The translations under genes were made by a program, and so were the position numbers. The notes under the pieces were generated by a model. That model was not told the DNA's origin, did not search any database, and saw only the letters and a list, made by a program, of their open reading frames with translations. Shown here one piece after another: positions 30,749 through 40,700 of a stretch of DNA of 64,000 nt (positions are counted from its first letter, which is position 1; each line of letters opens with the position of its first letter). Origin of the DNA: Candidatus Bathyarchaeota archaeon (lineage in GTDB: Archaea > Thermoproteota > Bathyarchaeia > 40CM-2-53-6 > RBG-13-38-9); NCBI GenBank assembly GCA_963807605.1, contig CAWECG010000003.1:960001-1024000 (forward strand). The letters run 5' to 3'.

Positions 30749-31447
30749 ATGAAAATGCTCCCAACCCTTACCCCATCTCTCGACCGGCTGCTTGGGGGGG
30801 GCTTCCCAACAGGCTGTCTCAGCTTGGTGTATGGCGAGGCCGAGACAGGTAAGACAACGCTGACCATGCAATGCGCAGTCTCAGCCTCAAGAAGACGTTT
30901 GAAGACGCTCTATGTGGACTCAGATCAGTCTCTTTCACACCATCGGCTCCTGCAAATCATCGGAGCGGACAATGCTGACGCTTGTGAGGACATAATCATA
31001 TTCCTCCCTCAGTCTTTTCTTGAACAGTCACAAATAGTGGAGAGCCTCGAGAACTATATTACAAAAAGAGTTGGGCTGATAGTGATCGATACGGTAACCT
31101 CCCTTTACAGGGCGTCACTTGAAGGCGGGAAGCCCTTTGATCTCAACCGAGAACTGAATAGGCAACTGGCATATCTTGCTGAGCTGGCCGCAAGACATCA
31201 CCTAACCGCGGTGATAACAGGTCAAGTACGATCGACAGTCGATGGGCTGGGATGGAAGATAGAACCCGTTGCACGCCGTACACTCTTCCACTGGCCCAAA
31301 GTCGTCCTGAAGCTCAAGCTAACCGCCAAGAGGAGTATTAAAGAGGCCAGACTTGAGAGGCCACTCTCCGACGATCCCGCTGAGCGACATTGCCTCTTGG
31401 AGATGGTTGAGAAAGGTTTGGTAGACTTTCTATACGAACCAGCCTAG
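30749..31447 (+). CDS. radB: RadB-like RecA-family recombination mediator
   Basis: LDRLLGGGF, YGEAETGKTT, LIVIDTVTSLYR; no N-terminal HhH domain. Confidence 0.85.
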   Translation: MKMLPTLTPSLDRLLGGGFPTGCLSLVYGEAETGKTTLTMQCAVSASRRRLKTLYVDSDQSLSHHRLLQIIGADNADACEDIIIFLPQSFLEQSQIVESLENYITKRVGLIVIDTVTSLYRASLEGGKPFDLNRELNRQLAYLAELAARHHLTAVITGQVRSTVDGLGWKIEPVARRTLFHWPKVVLKLKLTAKRSIKEARLERPLSDDPAERHCLLEMVEKGLVDFLYEPA

Positions 31448-31464
31448 GACAGGTTGCTTAGCCC

Positions 31465-31962
31465 TTGCTTACAGAGACAGACATTCTCTTCGCGATCTAC
31501 ATAGCAATCCCCATATACATCGCAAACAGCCTCCCCACAATCTTCAAAGGTGGCCCACCAATGGATTTCGGCTGGCGATTCATAGACGGAGAAAGAATCT
31601 TCGGAGTAAACAAAACCTTCAGAGGCTTCGGTTTCGGTCTCCTCTGCGGCTTATTGGCATCATTAACTGAAGGAATCTTCATCGGAAGGGAGATTCTACT
31701 ACTGGGGTTCCTCGCCTCCGTAGGAGCATTGCTAGGCGATCTCTTTGGGGCCTTCATAAAACGTAGGATGAAGCTGAAGCCCGGCGCGCCCTTTCCTGTA
31801 CTTGATCAGCTCGACTTTATCCTCGGGGCTTTACTACTCTCATATCCGCTCCACCGTGCAAGTCTGGGCACGGTGATGATACTTGTGATCTTTACTCCTC
31901 CAATACATTTGCTAGCAAACTTCGTGGCTTATCGTCTCAAGGTCAAGAGGAACTGGTGGTGA
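31465..31962 (+). CDS. carS: CDP-archaeol synthase
   Basis: PIYIANSLP, DGERIFG.NKTFRG, GDLFGAFIKRR, P.LDQLDF. Confidence 0.93.
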   Translation: MLTETDILFAIYIAIPIYIANSLPTIFKGGPPMDFGWRFIDGERIFGVNKTFRGFGFGLLCGLLASLTEGIFIGREILLLGFLASVGALLGDLFGAFIKRRMKLKPGAPFPVLDQLDFILGALLLSYPLHRASLGTVMILVIFTPPIHLLANFVAYRLKVKRNWW

Positions 31963-31964
31963 AA

Positions 31965-32453
31965 CTAGCCCGACACTTTACTTTGGAGCAGGATGTTGGA
32001 GTAATAGACAACTAGCAGCACTAGCATCAAGCCTACCAGAAGTGCAAGGTATGCTTGGCGGGGGCGGTAGGCCATTCTTACGCTCCTTAGTACGAGGTAA
32101 AAGCCTATAGCACCAAAAAAATAGAGCATGCCAGAGATCAGGCCCTCATTTATGGTCTGCATATTCAGGTCTCCAGGATAAATGAAGGTCCACCCACGAG
32201 CTACCGGCAACATCGTCAAAGCCTGTCCAGACATGATCTCGACTACGCTGTAAACGCCCCCCGCTAGGACAAAGATTGCAAAAGCCATCAAAAGCACAGT
32301 GATGATCGTCAGCGAGGGTTTCACTCTCATGACCCGTGGAAAATGGAGCACTCTGAATCTGAAGGCTAGATTATTCAGGAACCTTTTGAACTTCCAGTTG
32401 AAGCCTCCAACATTATTGCTCAAGTCTGGCCATCTTCCCCCTTGGAGTGTCAA
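31965..32453 (-). CDS. OST3/OST6/OSTC(DC2)-like oligosaccharyltransferase accessory subunit
   Basis: FVLAGGVYSVV...FIYPGDLNMQTINEGLISGMLYFFGAIGF parallels the GG.IYD / F..Q...EG motif of the OST3/OST6/DC2 family; 3 TM helices. Confidence 0.7.
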   Translation of the reverse strand: MTLQGGRWPDLSNNVGGFNWKFKRFLNNLAFRFRVLHFPRVMRVKPSLTIITVLLMAFAIFVLAGGVYSVVEIMSGQALTMLPVARGWTFIYPGDLNMQTINEGLISGMLYFFGAIGFYLVLRSVRMAYRPRQAYLALLVGLMLVLLVVYYSNILLQSKVSG

Positions 32454-32460
32454 ATCATAG

Positions 32461-32649
32461 TTATAAGCTCTTAGAGGCTGAGCCTACCGGATATATTGGT
32501 TTTCGACTCAAGGTTGAAATAGCGTCATCAATGTCATTTGTGAGGGGATTACTCTCTTCTTGCCTCAGAAGATCTACTGTAAGAACTGTGGCCACGAGCT
32601 CTATGTCGGTCTCGAACTCGAGTCCCCCCTTGAGACTATCCATAAACAC
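32461..32649 (-). CDS. Small hypothetical protein, possibly Pcc1-like; frame is open further upstream without a canonical start
   Basis: YIKTKLVLASRTVATVFMDSL...LTVDL...NDIDDAI alpha/beta pattern; weak. Confidence 0.3.
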   Translation of the reverse strand: MFMDSLKGGLEFETDIELVATVLTVDLLRQEESNPLTNDIDDAISTLSRKPIYPVGSASKSL

Positions 32650-32793
32650 GGTGGCTACTGTCCGGGATGCAAGAACAAGCTTGGTTTTGATATAGAGTCG
32701 ATAAAGATAACTCCTGCAGAGCTTAGACTCTAGAGCTTCTGATCACTGATATATACTGATAAACATCATTACTACTCCCAATCGTTATGAGGT

Positions 32794-33216
32794 TTGAGCA
32801 TCTTGAAGGTTGACGACTACGATGTCCCTGACGATCTGCGCTACACGAAAGAGCATACATGGGTCAAGGTGGAAAATGATAAATGCAGAGTCGGCGTGAC
32901 CGACTATGCACAGAAGGCCCTGCACGAGGTTGTATTCATCGAACTCCCGAAAGCCGGATCTGATGTTGAGCAGTTGAAGGCTGCTGGAACTCTGGAATCT
33001 GTCAAGGCGGTTTCAGACTTCTTCTCCCCAGTCTCAGGCGAAGTCATAGAGGCGAATACTAGCCTGCCTGATAATCCAGAGCATGTGAATAATAGCCCAT
33101 ACGGCGATGGTTGGGTCGCGATTATTAAGCCCTCAAACCTAGATCAAGAGCTTGTAGCTCTGATGGATGCTAAGGGATACTGCGAACTCCTGAAGACTAT
33201 AATAGAGAAGAAGTAA
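32794..33216 (+). CDS. gcvH: Glycine cleavage system H protein
   Basis: YTKEHTW, GVTDYAQ, ESVKAVSD (lipoyl Lys), NNSPYGDGW. Confidence 0.96.
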   Translation: MSILKVDDYDVPDDLRYTKEHTWVKVENDKCRVGVTDYAQKALHEVVFIELPKAGSDVEQLKAAGTLESVKAVSDFFSPVSGEVIEANTSLPDNPEHVNNSPYGDGWVAIIKPSNLDQELVALMDAKGYCELLKTIIEKK

Positions 33217-33319
33217 GATTATCGTCGGTTGGCACCTTTCTCGGGCATTCCACTTATTCTCCTGACAGTCTAAAGATGAGCTGTTGCCCCGATTCTTATT
33301 GGCCACGATATTTCGCTGA

Positions 33320-33803
33320 TTAGGTCTTGAGTCTGACCAGGATAGAGATCTTTCTCCGTGAGCCTTTTAGCAGAGGTCGTATCATCACTTGGAAGTCTAC
33401 AACTGCTTTGCGTAATTTGATCGCTATGGCGTGGCAAAAGCAGCCAGTGTTTGCAGATTCCGCATCCAGTGCTTTTGCGGGGTCGACGACCGCGTATACG
33501 CGGTCATTTCCGCTTTCAATCATAGTCGGTGGGATAAAGTGCGAGGTTTCCTCGATGTCACTTATTGAGAACGATCTTGGGCTATTCTGCTTGGTCTTTG
33601 AGCCAATGAGTTTTTAACCTCAACCTCGGGTAGACTCTGGCGTACTCTAGAGGTAGTGTCTTCATAACCGCGTCACCCCACGCAGCCTCCACTTCGTTCG
33701 CTGCATAAGGGCAGTCAATTTGGGCGTGACTAAAGAAAGCACGGATGGATGAGTTTCTAAAATGGACGCCGCAGACATCAACAGAAAGGTCTGCCAGCAC
33801 CAT
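33320..33803 (-). pseudogene. Dihydropyrimidine dehydrogenase PreA-like relic with large internal deletion
   Basis: N-terminal ADLSVDVCGVHFRN..EAAWGDAVMKT joined, via frameshifts, to C-terminal YAVVDPAK[C]TGCGIC..GCFCHAI (4Fe-4S). Confidence 0.65.
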
Positions 33804-33917
33804 CGGCTTCGACCTCGCAATCGTGAGTAAGAAAATGAAGCCAAAAGAATCGTTGATTTGTTATTTGTTCCTAAACCTTCTCCAAGGGACGATCCCAACT
33901 GACAGATGATGATTTGT

Positions 33918-34490
33918 TTACTGCTGTTTAGCTCCACATCTATCACAGAACCGCGATTCCACAGGAATCTCAGCGCCACACTTGCTGCATTGCATGCTCT
34001 TCGGTGCGGGAGGTGATGCGGGAGGTGATGCGGGAGGTGATGCGGGAGGTGATGCGGGAGGTGATGCGGGAGGTGATGCGGGAGGTGATGCGGGAGGTGA
34101 TGCGGGAGGTGGTGCAACCTCCCTGATCTGTTTAAGGTCATCCAAGGTCGTCCTAATTTCTGAGACTCTCTTATCAAATTCCTCTCGATCAAGTAGGCCG
34201 GAAGCATATGCTGTGGAGGCATCATCGAGATCCGTCCTCAACATCTCTAAGACAGTGGATGTGGGTGAACCTTCAGAAGACGACTGCGTAGGATGCAAGA
34301 ACATTGGATCATGATGTTGGGAAGCGTCTAAACCGGATCCCGGGTGTGTTCGCCGTCTTAGAAGAAGGAAGACAATAACTATAACCACGACTATCACGGC
34401 GACAATCACGACCGCTAACAGCAAAGTAATATCCGGGCTAAACTGCAAAAGAATCGCGGCTAAATTCAGTGGAAGAGCAGACTTCAACAT
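33918..34490 (-). CDS. Membrane-anchored protein with SHOCT-like helix, PPAS linker and C-terminal zinc ribbon
   Basis: TM plus RRR, YASGLLDREEFDKR, (PPAS)8, CSKCG...FCDRCG. Confidence 0.85.
   Translation of the reverse strand: MLKSALPLNLAAILLQFSPDITLLLAVVIVAVIVVVIVIVFLLLRRRTHPGSGLDASQHHDPMFLHPTQSSSEGSPTSTVLEMLRTDLDDASTAYASGLLDREEFDKRVSEIRTTLDDLKQIREVAPPPASPPASPPASPPASPPASPPASPPASPPASPPAPKSMQCSKCGAEIPVESRFCDRCGAKQQ
34006..34110. repeat. Perfect 12-bp VNTR GCGGGAGGTGAT, 8 copies plus a partial copy
   Basis: Seen directly; no synonymous variation between copies. Confidence 0.97.
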
Positions 34491-34647
34491 TTGTCTTCCG
34501 CATCAATCCAGGTTAATGTCGAACAACACCATTCGATCGGCGAGACCAGGCCCAACGAATCTTCTAACCAGCTTAATACTACAACTAATCACCGTATAAA
34601 TCGTATCCTCCATTACTATCCATCTTCATCGGCCCCTCTCAACACGA

Positions 34648-35367
34648 CTAAGTGAGTTCTCGCACCACCTCTATCTTGTTCAGCGTCATCATATATAGGA
34701 AAAGGGCATGTAAGAGGTCGGCATCGTGTGGCAGCACGCCAAGCTGCTTGGCGACAACAACTGGTAAGCCATAGGTATTCACTGCGTTCGCCGGAACTAT
34801 CACACGCCGCGTAACATCACGGGCATTAGCCCTCAACCTCAAATCCATAGCCAGGTCGTACGTGCAGAGGTCTGTGCAAACACCCACTACGATGAAAGTG
34901 TCGACCTCAGCATGCTGCCTGAGCCATTGCTCCATCTCGGTATCCACGATCGTATGGAGTGAGTTCTTGTGAGTGATGACAAAGTCTCCTGCAAAGGGAA
35001 GTGATGCAATCTTAGGGACGGTCTGCGCTTCTCGGCTACCGCGAACGCAATGCTGGCCGTATGCCTTGAATTCTTCAGCTTGCTCGCTGTGCCACTCCTG
35101 AATTAAGACGCAGTTTCTGACTCCGAGATTGTGGGCTTGTTTAAGAAGATTCACTATTGGCTCCACGCAAGCCGCTGCACGCGGACTGGCCAAGTTGCCT
35201 TCGTAACAGAAGCCATTCAACATGTCAACTGAGCAAATGGCTACATGGGTTGGGTCCTTGACCACGTCCTTGAGAGGTAGTGACTTTAGATCTGCATGCC
35301 ACTCGCTAAGCCAATCGAGAAATTCCTTTGACTTCTTACTAAGATCTATCTCTTGTGTAATCGTGAT
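34648..35367 (-). CDS. Isochorismatase/nicotinamidase-family cysteine hydrolase
   Basis: VDMLNGFC, HCVRGS.E, KNSL, VGVCTDLC (D-K-C triad); frame is open about 34 codons upstream of the GTG, to an ATC. Confidence 0.88.
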   Translation of the reverse strand: MTITQEIDLSKKSKEFLDWLSEWHADLKSLPLKDVVKDPTHVAICSVDMLNGFCYEGNLASPRAAACVEPIVNLLKQAHNLGVRNCVLIQEWHSEQAEEFKAYGQHCVRGSREAQTVPKIASLPFAGDFVITHKNSLHTIVDTEMEQWLRQHAEVDTFIVVGVCTDLCTYDLAMDLRLRANARDVTRRVIVPANAVNTYGLPVVVAKQLGVLPHDADLLHALFLYMMTLNKIEVVRELT

Positions 35368-35445
35368 GGCAGGTCACTCTCGTCCACCAGCAGATCAGGG
35401 GTCGGGTGAATTTAAGATGAATCAATTTCTGAATTCTCCCCATTC

Positions 35446-36246
35446 TTGGCCCTAGGAATACCTATAAATAGTAGTTGTCCGTGGTCCGATTCTTTCTTGG
35501 GAAGAGCTTTGCCAGCAAAGAGATCTGCTGAACGTCAGACGGTCGAGGATTCTCAAGAAAGCAGGAAGGCGAAGGCCCATAAGATACTCGTGGTCGCCTT
35601 CGGCGACAGCCTCACTGCAGGAGACCAGGCGCCAAGACCAGGTGCACCTCTGCCAAAATCGACGCCCTACACGGACCCGTTAAAGGAGCTTATTGATGGA
35701 GCTCTGGATAAGATTGGAAAGCTCAAGCTAGTCCAGGTTATTATTTACAATAAAGGAGTGAGTGGCGAAACAACATCAGACATGATGCGAAGGCTTGACA
35801 GCGACATATTATCCGTCAAACCAAGTTACACCGTCGTACTGGGAGGTTCGAATGACATCGGTTGGGGTGTAGAACCGAAGGAAATCTCAGATAATCTGGT
35901 TCAGATGTATGAGAAGTTATCCTCAAAAGGGATTGAGGTGGTCGCCTGCACAGTCCCGTCCATCGTCGGAGCAGATACCTACGTAAAGCCCCGACTTGAA
36001 CTGAACGAACTTATCTCAGACTACTGTTTCGAGAACGAGTTGGTCTGCGTAGATCTCTTCTCGGCGACATTCGATCCCAAGACTAAGATGCTGGATAAGA
36101 AGTACTCAAGTAGCGATGGCCTTCACCTCAGTACCGCCGGGTACACCAAGGTGGCCGAGACGATATTCGAACAGGCTTTCGCCAAACTCGTCCCAATCTG
36201 GACCGTGGGACAGGAGGCTCCCGGATCTTCCACCAAACCTCGTTGA
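35446..36246 (+). CDS. SGNH/GDSL hydrolase
   Basis: FGDSLTAG, NKGVSGETT, GGSND, DGLH. Confidence 0.92.
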   Translation: MALGIPINSSCPWSDSFLGRALPAKRSAERQTVEDSQESRKAKAHKILVVAFGDSLTAGDQAPRPGAPLPKSTPYTDPLKELIDGALDKIGKLKLVQVIIYNKGVSGETTSDMMRRLDSDILSVKPSYTVVLGGSNDIGWGVEPKEISDNLVQMYEKLSSKGIEVVACTVPSIVGADTYVKPRLELNELISDYCFENELVCVDLFSATFDPKTKMLDKKYSSSDGLHLSTAGYTKVAETIFEQAFAKLVPIWTVGQEAPGSSTKPR

Positions 36247-36255
36247 TGAGGACTC

Positions 36256-36647
36256 TTGGGATCCCCCACTGATGAGGAGACTACTGTAAGTGCTCTTAGA
36301 GAGGGCATCTCAAGATTTGTCCGAGGGCGCGGATGGGAGAGATTTCACAATCCAAAGAATCTTGTCGAGTCTATCTGCATTGAGGCATCTGAACTCCTCG
36401 AGCTCTTCCAGTGGCTGACAACAGCTGAGTCCAAGAACTTGAACAAAGATCCTGACAACCTAGTCTTCTCTCAAGCGAATTGGCTGACGTCCTCATCTAC
36501 TGTTTTGCTCTAGCAAATGCTGTCCAAGTAGATGTGTCGGGCTCAGTCCTCTCCAAGCTCAAAGAGAGCTCAAGAAGATACTCAACATCTAGCTACAAGG
36601 GAAAGGCACCTAGTCGCTGCAAATCGATCAGCAGAAAAATCTATTGA
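36256..36647 (+). pseudogene. MazG-like (dCTPase-type) nucleotide pyrophosphohydrolase, frameshifted
   Basis: RGWERFHNPKNL..ICIEASELLELFQW; a shift at the CTTCTCTC tract (about 36466) restores ELADVLIYCFALAN..K..RY. Confidence 0.85.
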
Positions 36648-36678
36648 TGTCTGGAATAGTATAAGCTTGAGAGAGATC

Positions 36679-36918
36679 TTGACCCGCCCCAGTCTTCCGG
36701 ATACATGTCCAGGGATCACGAAATTTGTACGACCAACTCCCGAATCGATAGTTTGTCAGAGTTGCGGCAGAAACCTGGAGATATGGAGCGATGAGGATGA
36801 GGTCAAGTGTGACGGCTGCGGAGCTCAGGTATCCAAGGAGAAAGGAGCATCATGTCTCGACTACTGCGAATATGCAAACAAATGTAGAGATATAATCAAC
36901 AAGAGAAAGCTCGGATAG
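36679..36918 (+). CDS. Small Cys-rich metal-binding protein
   Basis: CPG..CQSCG..EIWSDE..CDGCG..SCLDYCEYANKC. Confidence 0.8.
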   Translation: MTRPSLPDTCPGITKFVRPTPESIVCQSCGRNLEIWSDEDEVKCDGCGAQVSKEKGASCLDYCEYANKCRDIINKRKLG

Positions 36919-36985
36919 GCGATCTTGGCCTAACTCGGTTGGACTCCGTACAGATCAAGCCTAAAACCCGCGCGCGTAGAAGGTA

Positions 36986-37678
36986 TCATTTGTATCTCTG
37001 TTCTTTGTAAGGGCGGCTGAATTGCTATAACCCAGTTTCTCCCAGAAACCTAGTTGATCCTCGGTTGTGAATTTGATCTCGTGAATCCACTTGGTACTCT
37101 TATATCCATACTTTTGTGGAACGACCCGCCTTAAGGGCTGGCCACGTTCAGGTTCAAGTTGCTTCTCATCTAACTCACATGCTAACATAACATCCGCGTC
37201 TAGCAATACATCCAGAGGCAGAGAGGTGAAGTAACTGTCCTCACACGTGAATCCAACGAAATGTGCGCTGGATTTCGGTGCACAAAACTCAACGATGTTC
37301 TTGAAAGTCGTTCCACCCCGCAGGTTGTCCAGCTTGCTCCAGCCAGTCACACAGTGAAAATCCGATTGCCGAGTTGTCTTCGGCAGTCTCAGAAAATCAC
37401 TCCAGAATAAACTAAGTGGCTTCTGAACCTCCCCGAGAATTGAGCCTCCAATCTTTCTCCACAAACATTGGGGTTGCGGCGATGCTGAAAACTACGATTT
37501 CTGTAACCTCGCGCTGATTGGGCGGAAGGTGGGAAGGATTAGATGGTGTTCGCTCGCCTTTGAAAGGCTGTCTAAAGAATATTGATCCTACACTCAAGGT
37601 AGCAACCCCTACGGCTATTCCTAGAAGATATTTCAGGAGTCTTCTTCTACTCAACGGTTGTCCGAAGAGTTGAGGCAT
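36986..37678 (-). pseudogene. Tat-exported molybdopterin oxidoreductase (sulfite oxidase/MsrP-like), two frameshifts
   Basis: SRRRLLK signal, LPPNQ, shift near 37440, DFHCVTGWS, VPQKYGYKSTKW, GFWEKLGY, second shift before KEQRY*. Confidence 0.85.
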
Positions 37679-37759
37679 TCTTCTCTTCCATCTGTGCCTG
37701 ACGCATATCGGCCTGATTCTGGCATCATATCCAATTAAACACAATTACCGTCAAACTAA

Positions 37760-40700
37760 TTACTTAATAGATCGTTTACCGGGACGCTTACGCACTATTC
37801 GGCTTTGTGCTCGTTTCTTCTTGATGGCTCTCTTCTGAATTCGGTGCATTCCGATGAAGTAGTCTCTTCCATCGATCAACCATTCCCTCGAGAGCTCAAC
37901 CTTGGGTCTTTTCTGTCCTTTGCCAAGGAAATTCAGATTCTTTGCTCTGACCTCTTCGCAGATGTAGTCTTCCTTCTTCTTCAGCGACTCTAATTCCGCC
38001 TTCCCAGGGGGAACTACGTAAGCACTGACATAAGCATCGACCGGTAGACTCATCTGCCTCCGCATCTCTTGCATGCGTCTTACTATATCCCTTACGAGCC
38101 CTTCTGCCAGAAGTCTCTTTGGCATGGTTGTGTCGACGTATACTCTTCCTTTGCTGAAGGTTCCAGGTATGAAGTTCTCCGCCATCTCCTCTCTGAATGT
38201 AACCATCTCGGAGTCTAACGTAACGGTTCTTTCCTCCACTTTCAAATCGTAAGTTCCCTTCTCTTTGAGCTCTTCAAAGATCTCTCTGCCGTCAAGCCTT
38301 TTTATCGCCTCGGCGATCACATTAGTCTCTCCTTTGAAGGTTGGTCCCAGAGCTTTGTAGTTTGGAGACACCTTCAGTGTCTTAAGCTTCTCTTCTTCTT
38401 CCACCGCAACGAACTCTATCTTCCGAGTATTTGCTTGGGAGTAGATCACCTGTTCAAACTCCTCGGCAGCTCTTTGGACAGTTGGCTCTTCTGTCACGAT
38501 TATGATTTTTGAGATTGGTTGTCTGAGCTTTATCCTAGCAGTCTGCCTCGCGCTTAGAGCTGCGCTTATCAACTCTTTGGTCAGTTCCATATTCTCCTCG
38601 AGTGAAGGTTCGATCCAGTTGATCTTGGGCTCTGGGTATCGGCACATGTGTATGCTCTCAAGGGGTGACGCCTCTGCGGGTTTGATCATTTCTTGGTAGA
38701 TCTTCTCTGTAATGAAGGGTGTGAATGGTGCGCTTAAGAGGAGCCATGTCTTGAGGGCGTGGTAGAGGGTTGAGTATGAGGCAAGTTTGTCAGGGCTCTC
38801 TTTCTCCTGCCAGAACCTTCGCCTTACGAGCTTGATGTACCATCTGCTTAGGTCTTCAACGGCAAATTGGCTAAGGACTCTGGCGGCCTTGTGTATGTTG
38901 AGACTCTCAAGCTCCTTCTGTACGAGGAGTTTCAGACTCTCCGTCTTAGAGACAAGCCACTTATCTTCAGGTCGGAGGTTGCCTTCCCAGACCGGCCATT
39001 CTTCAGGCTCGAATTGATCAAGGTTCATGTAGATGCTTGCGAAGGCGTAGATGTTCCAGACGACCTTAAGATCCTTCATTGTATCCTCGACTGTTGTTGT
39101 CGAGAAGTTGAAGTCTTCCCATACAGTCCGTTGGAGCTCGTAGAGGCGAAGTGCATCTCTACCATACTTCTGAACGATGTCATTTGGTGAGATAAAGTTG
39201 CCTTGGGACTTGCTCATCTTCTGTCCTTCGGTGTTGAATGTGTGGCCGTGCATCAGGACGGCTTTGTAGGGTGAACTGTCGAATGCCACCAGGCCTGCGC
39301 CAAGTTGTGAGTAGAACCAGCCTCTGGTCTGGTCGTGGGCCTCGATTATTAGATCTGCTGGCCACCACTTCTTGAACTCCACCTCAATCCTTGGGTATTG
39401 GAGGGATGCCCATGAGGCGACACCTGAGTCCATCCAGACATCCACTATGTCAGGAACTCGACTCATTGAGCCACCACATTCGCAGTCGAATTTTATTGGG
39501 TCGACATCCTGTCTGTGGAGCTCAATTGGTCCTTGAAGGTTTGAGGCTCTCTGTCTTAGCTCTCTCTCTGAACCGATGACAGTTCTTCTGCCGCAGTTCT
39601 GGCAGATCCAGATTGGCATGGGGGAACCCCAGTATCGCTGTCGTGATATTACCCAGTCCCTTGCCCCAAGCAGCCAATCCTTGAATCTCCTTGTTCCAGC
39701 CCAGTCTGGGGTCCAGCTGATCTTCTCATTCTCTTCGAACAATCTCTGTTTTAAGTCAGTAATCTTGATGAACCACTGTTCAGTGGCCCTGAGTATCAGT
39801 GGGGTCTTGCATCTCCAGCAGTGAGGATATGGATGCTCAATCACTGAAGTCTTCAAGAGTAGGGACTTGGCCTTAAGGTCTTCAACAATCTCTGGGTTAG
39901 CATCAAAGACATATTTCCCAGAGTATTTTCCCGCCTCCTGAGTGAACCTTCCAGTCTGATCGACTGGACTCATCACCGGTAAGTGATTAACTTGGCCTAC
40001 CTCAAAGTCTTCCTCACCGTGTCCAGGCGCGCAATGGACGCATCCAGTGCCTTCCTCCATCGACACATATTCCTTGCTTAGAACGATTGTGTGGATGTTG
40101 TCTTCTCTTGGCTTGGCTTGGATTGGAACCTCATTCCGGAGGGGTGGGCGATACTTCAGGCCTTTTAGCTTATTTCCCTTGAAGATCTCTAAGACTTCTT
40201 CTGGTTGTCCTTCGAACACAGCATGCCTTCTTGCTTCGGCCAAGATGTAGACTTCGTCACCCACCCTGACCCTTGAGTAGTCAGTGTCGGGATTTACCAT
40301 GACTGCGAGGTTTGCAGGAAGCGTCCAAGGTGTCGTCGTCCAGATCAGTATATACTCCTTCTCCTCACCTTCTACAGGAAACTTGACGTAGATGGATTGG
40401 TCTTTGACAGTCCTGTACTCATCTGTCACCTCGTATCCTGCCAAGGCTGTCTCGCAGCGGGGGCACCAATGGACGACCTTCAATCCTTTCTGCAGTAACC
40501 CCTTGCTCTCAGCTCTCTGTATTATCCACCATACAGACTCAATGTACTCATTCTTGTAAGTCAGGTAGGGTCTGTCCCAATCCATCCAGACCCCAAGATC
40601 CTTGAAGACACGTGTCTGAATTTTAGCGTTCTCTTGAGCATAGCATTTACAGAATTCTATGAACCTCTTTATTGTAATGGATTCTTCGATCTCTCTCTTA

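Noticed and set aside
33662-34314. ORFs with HHLP and GGDA repeats
   Set aside because: Alternative-frame and antisense readings of the 12-bp VNTR; the PPAS frame has coherent domains
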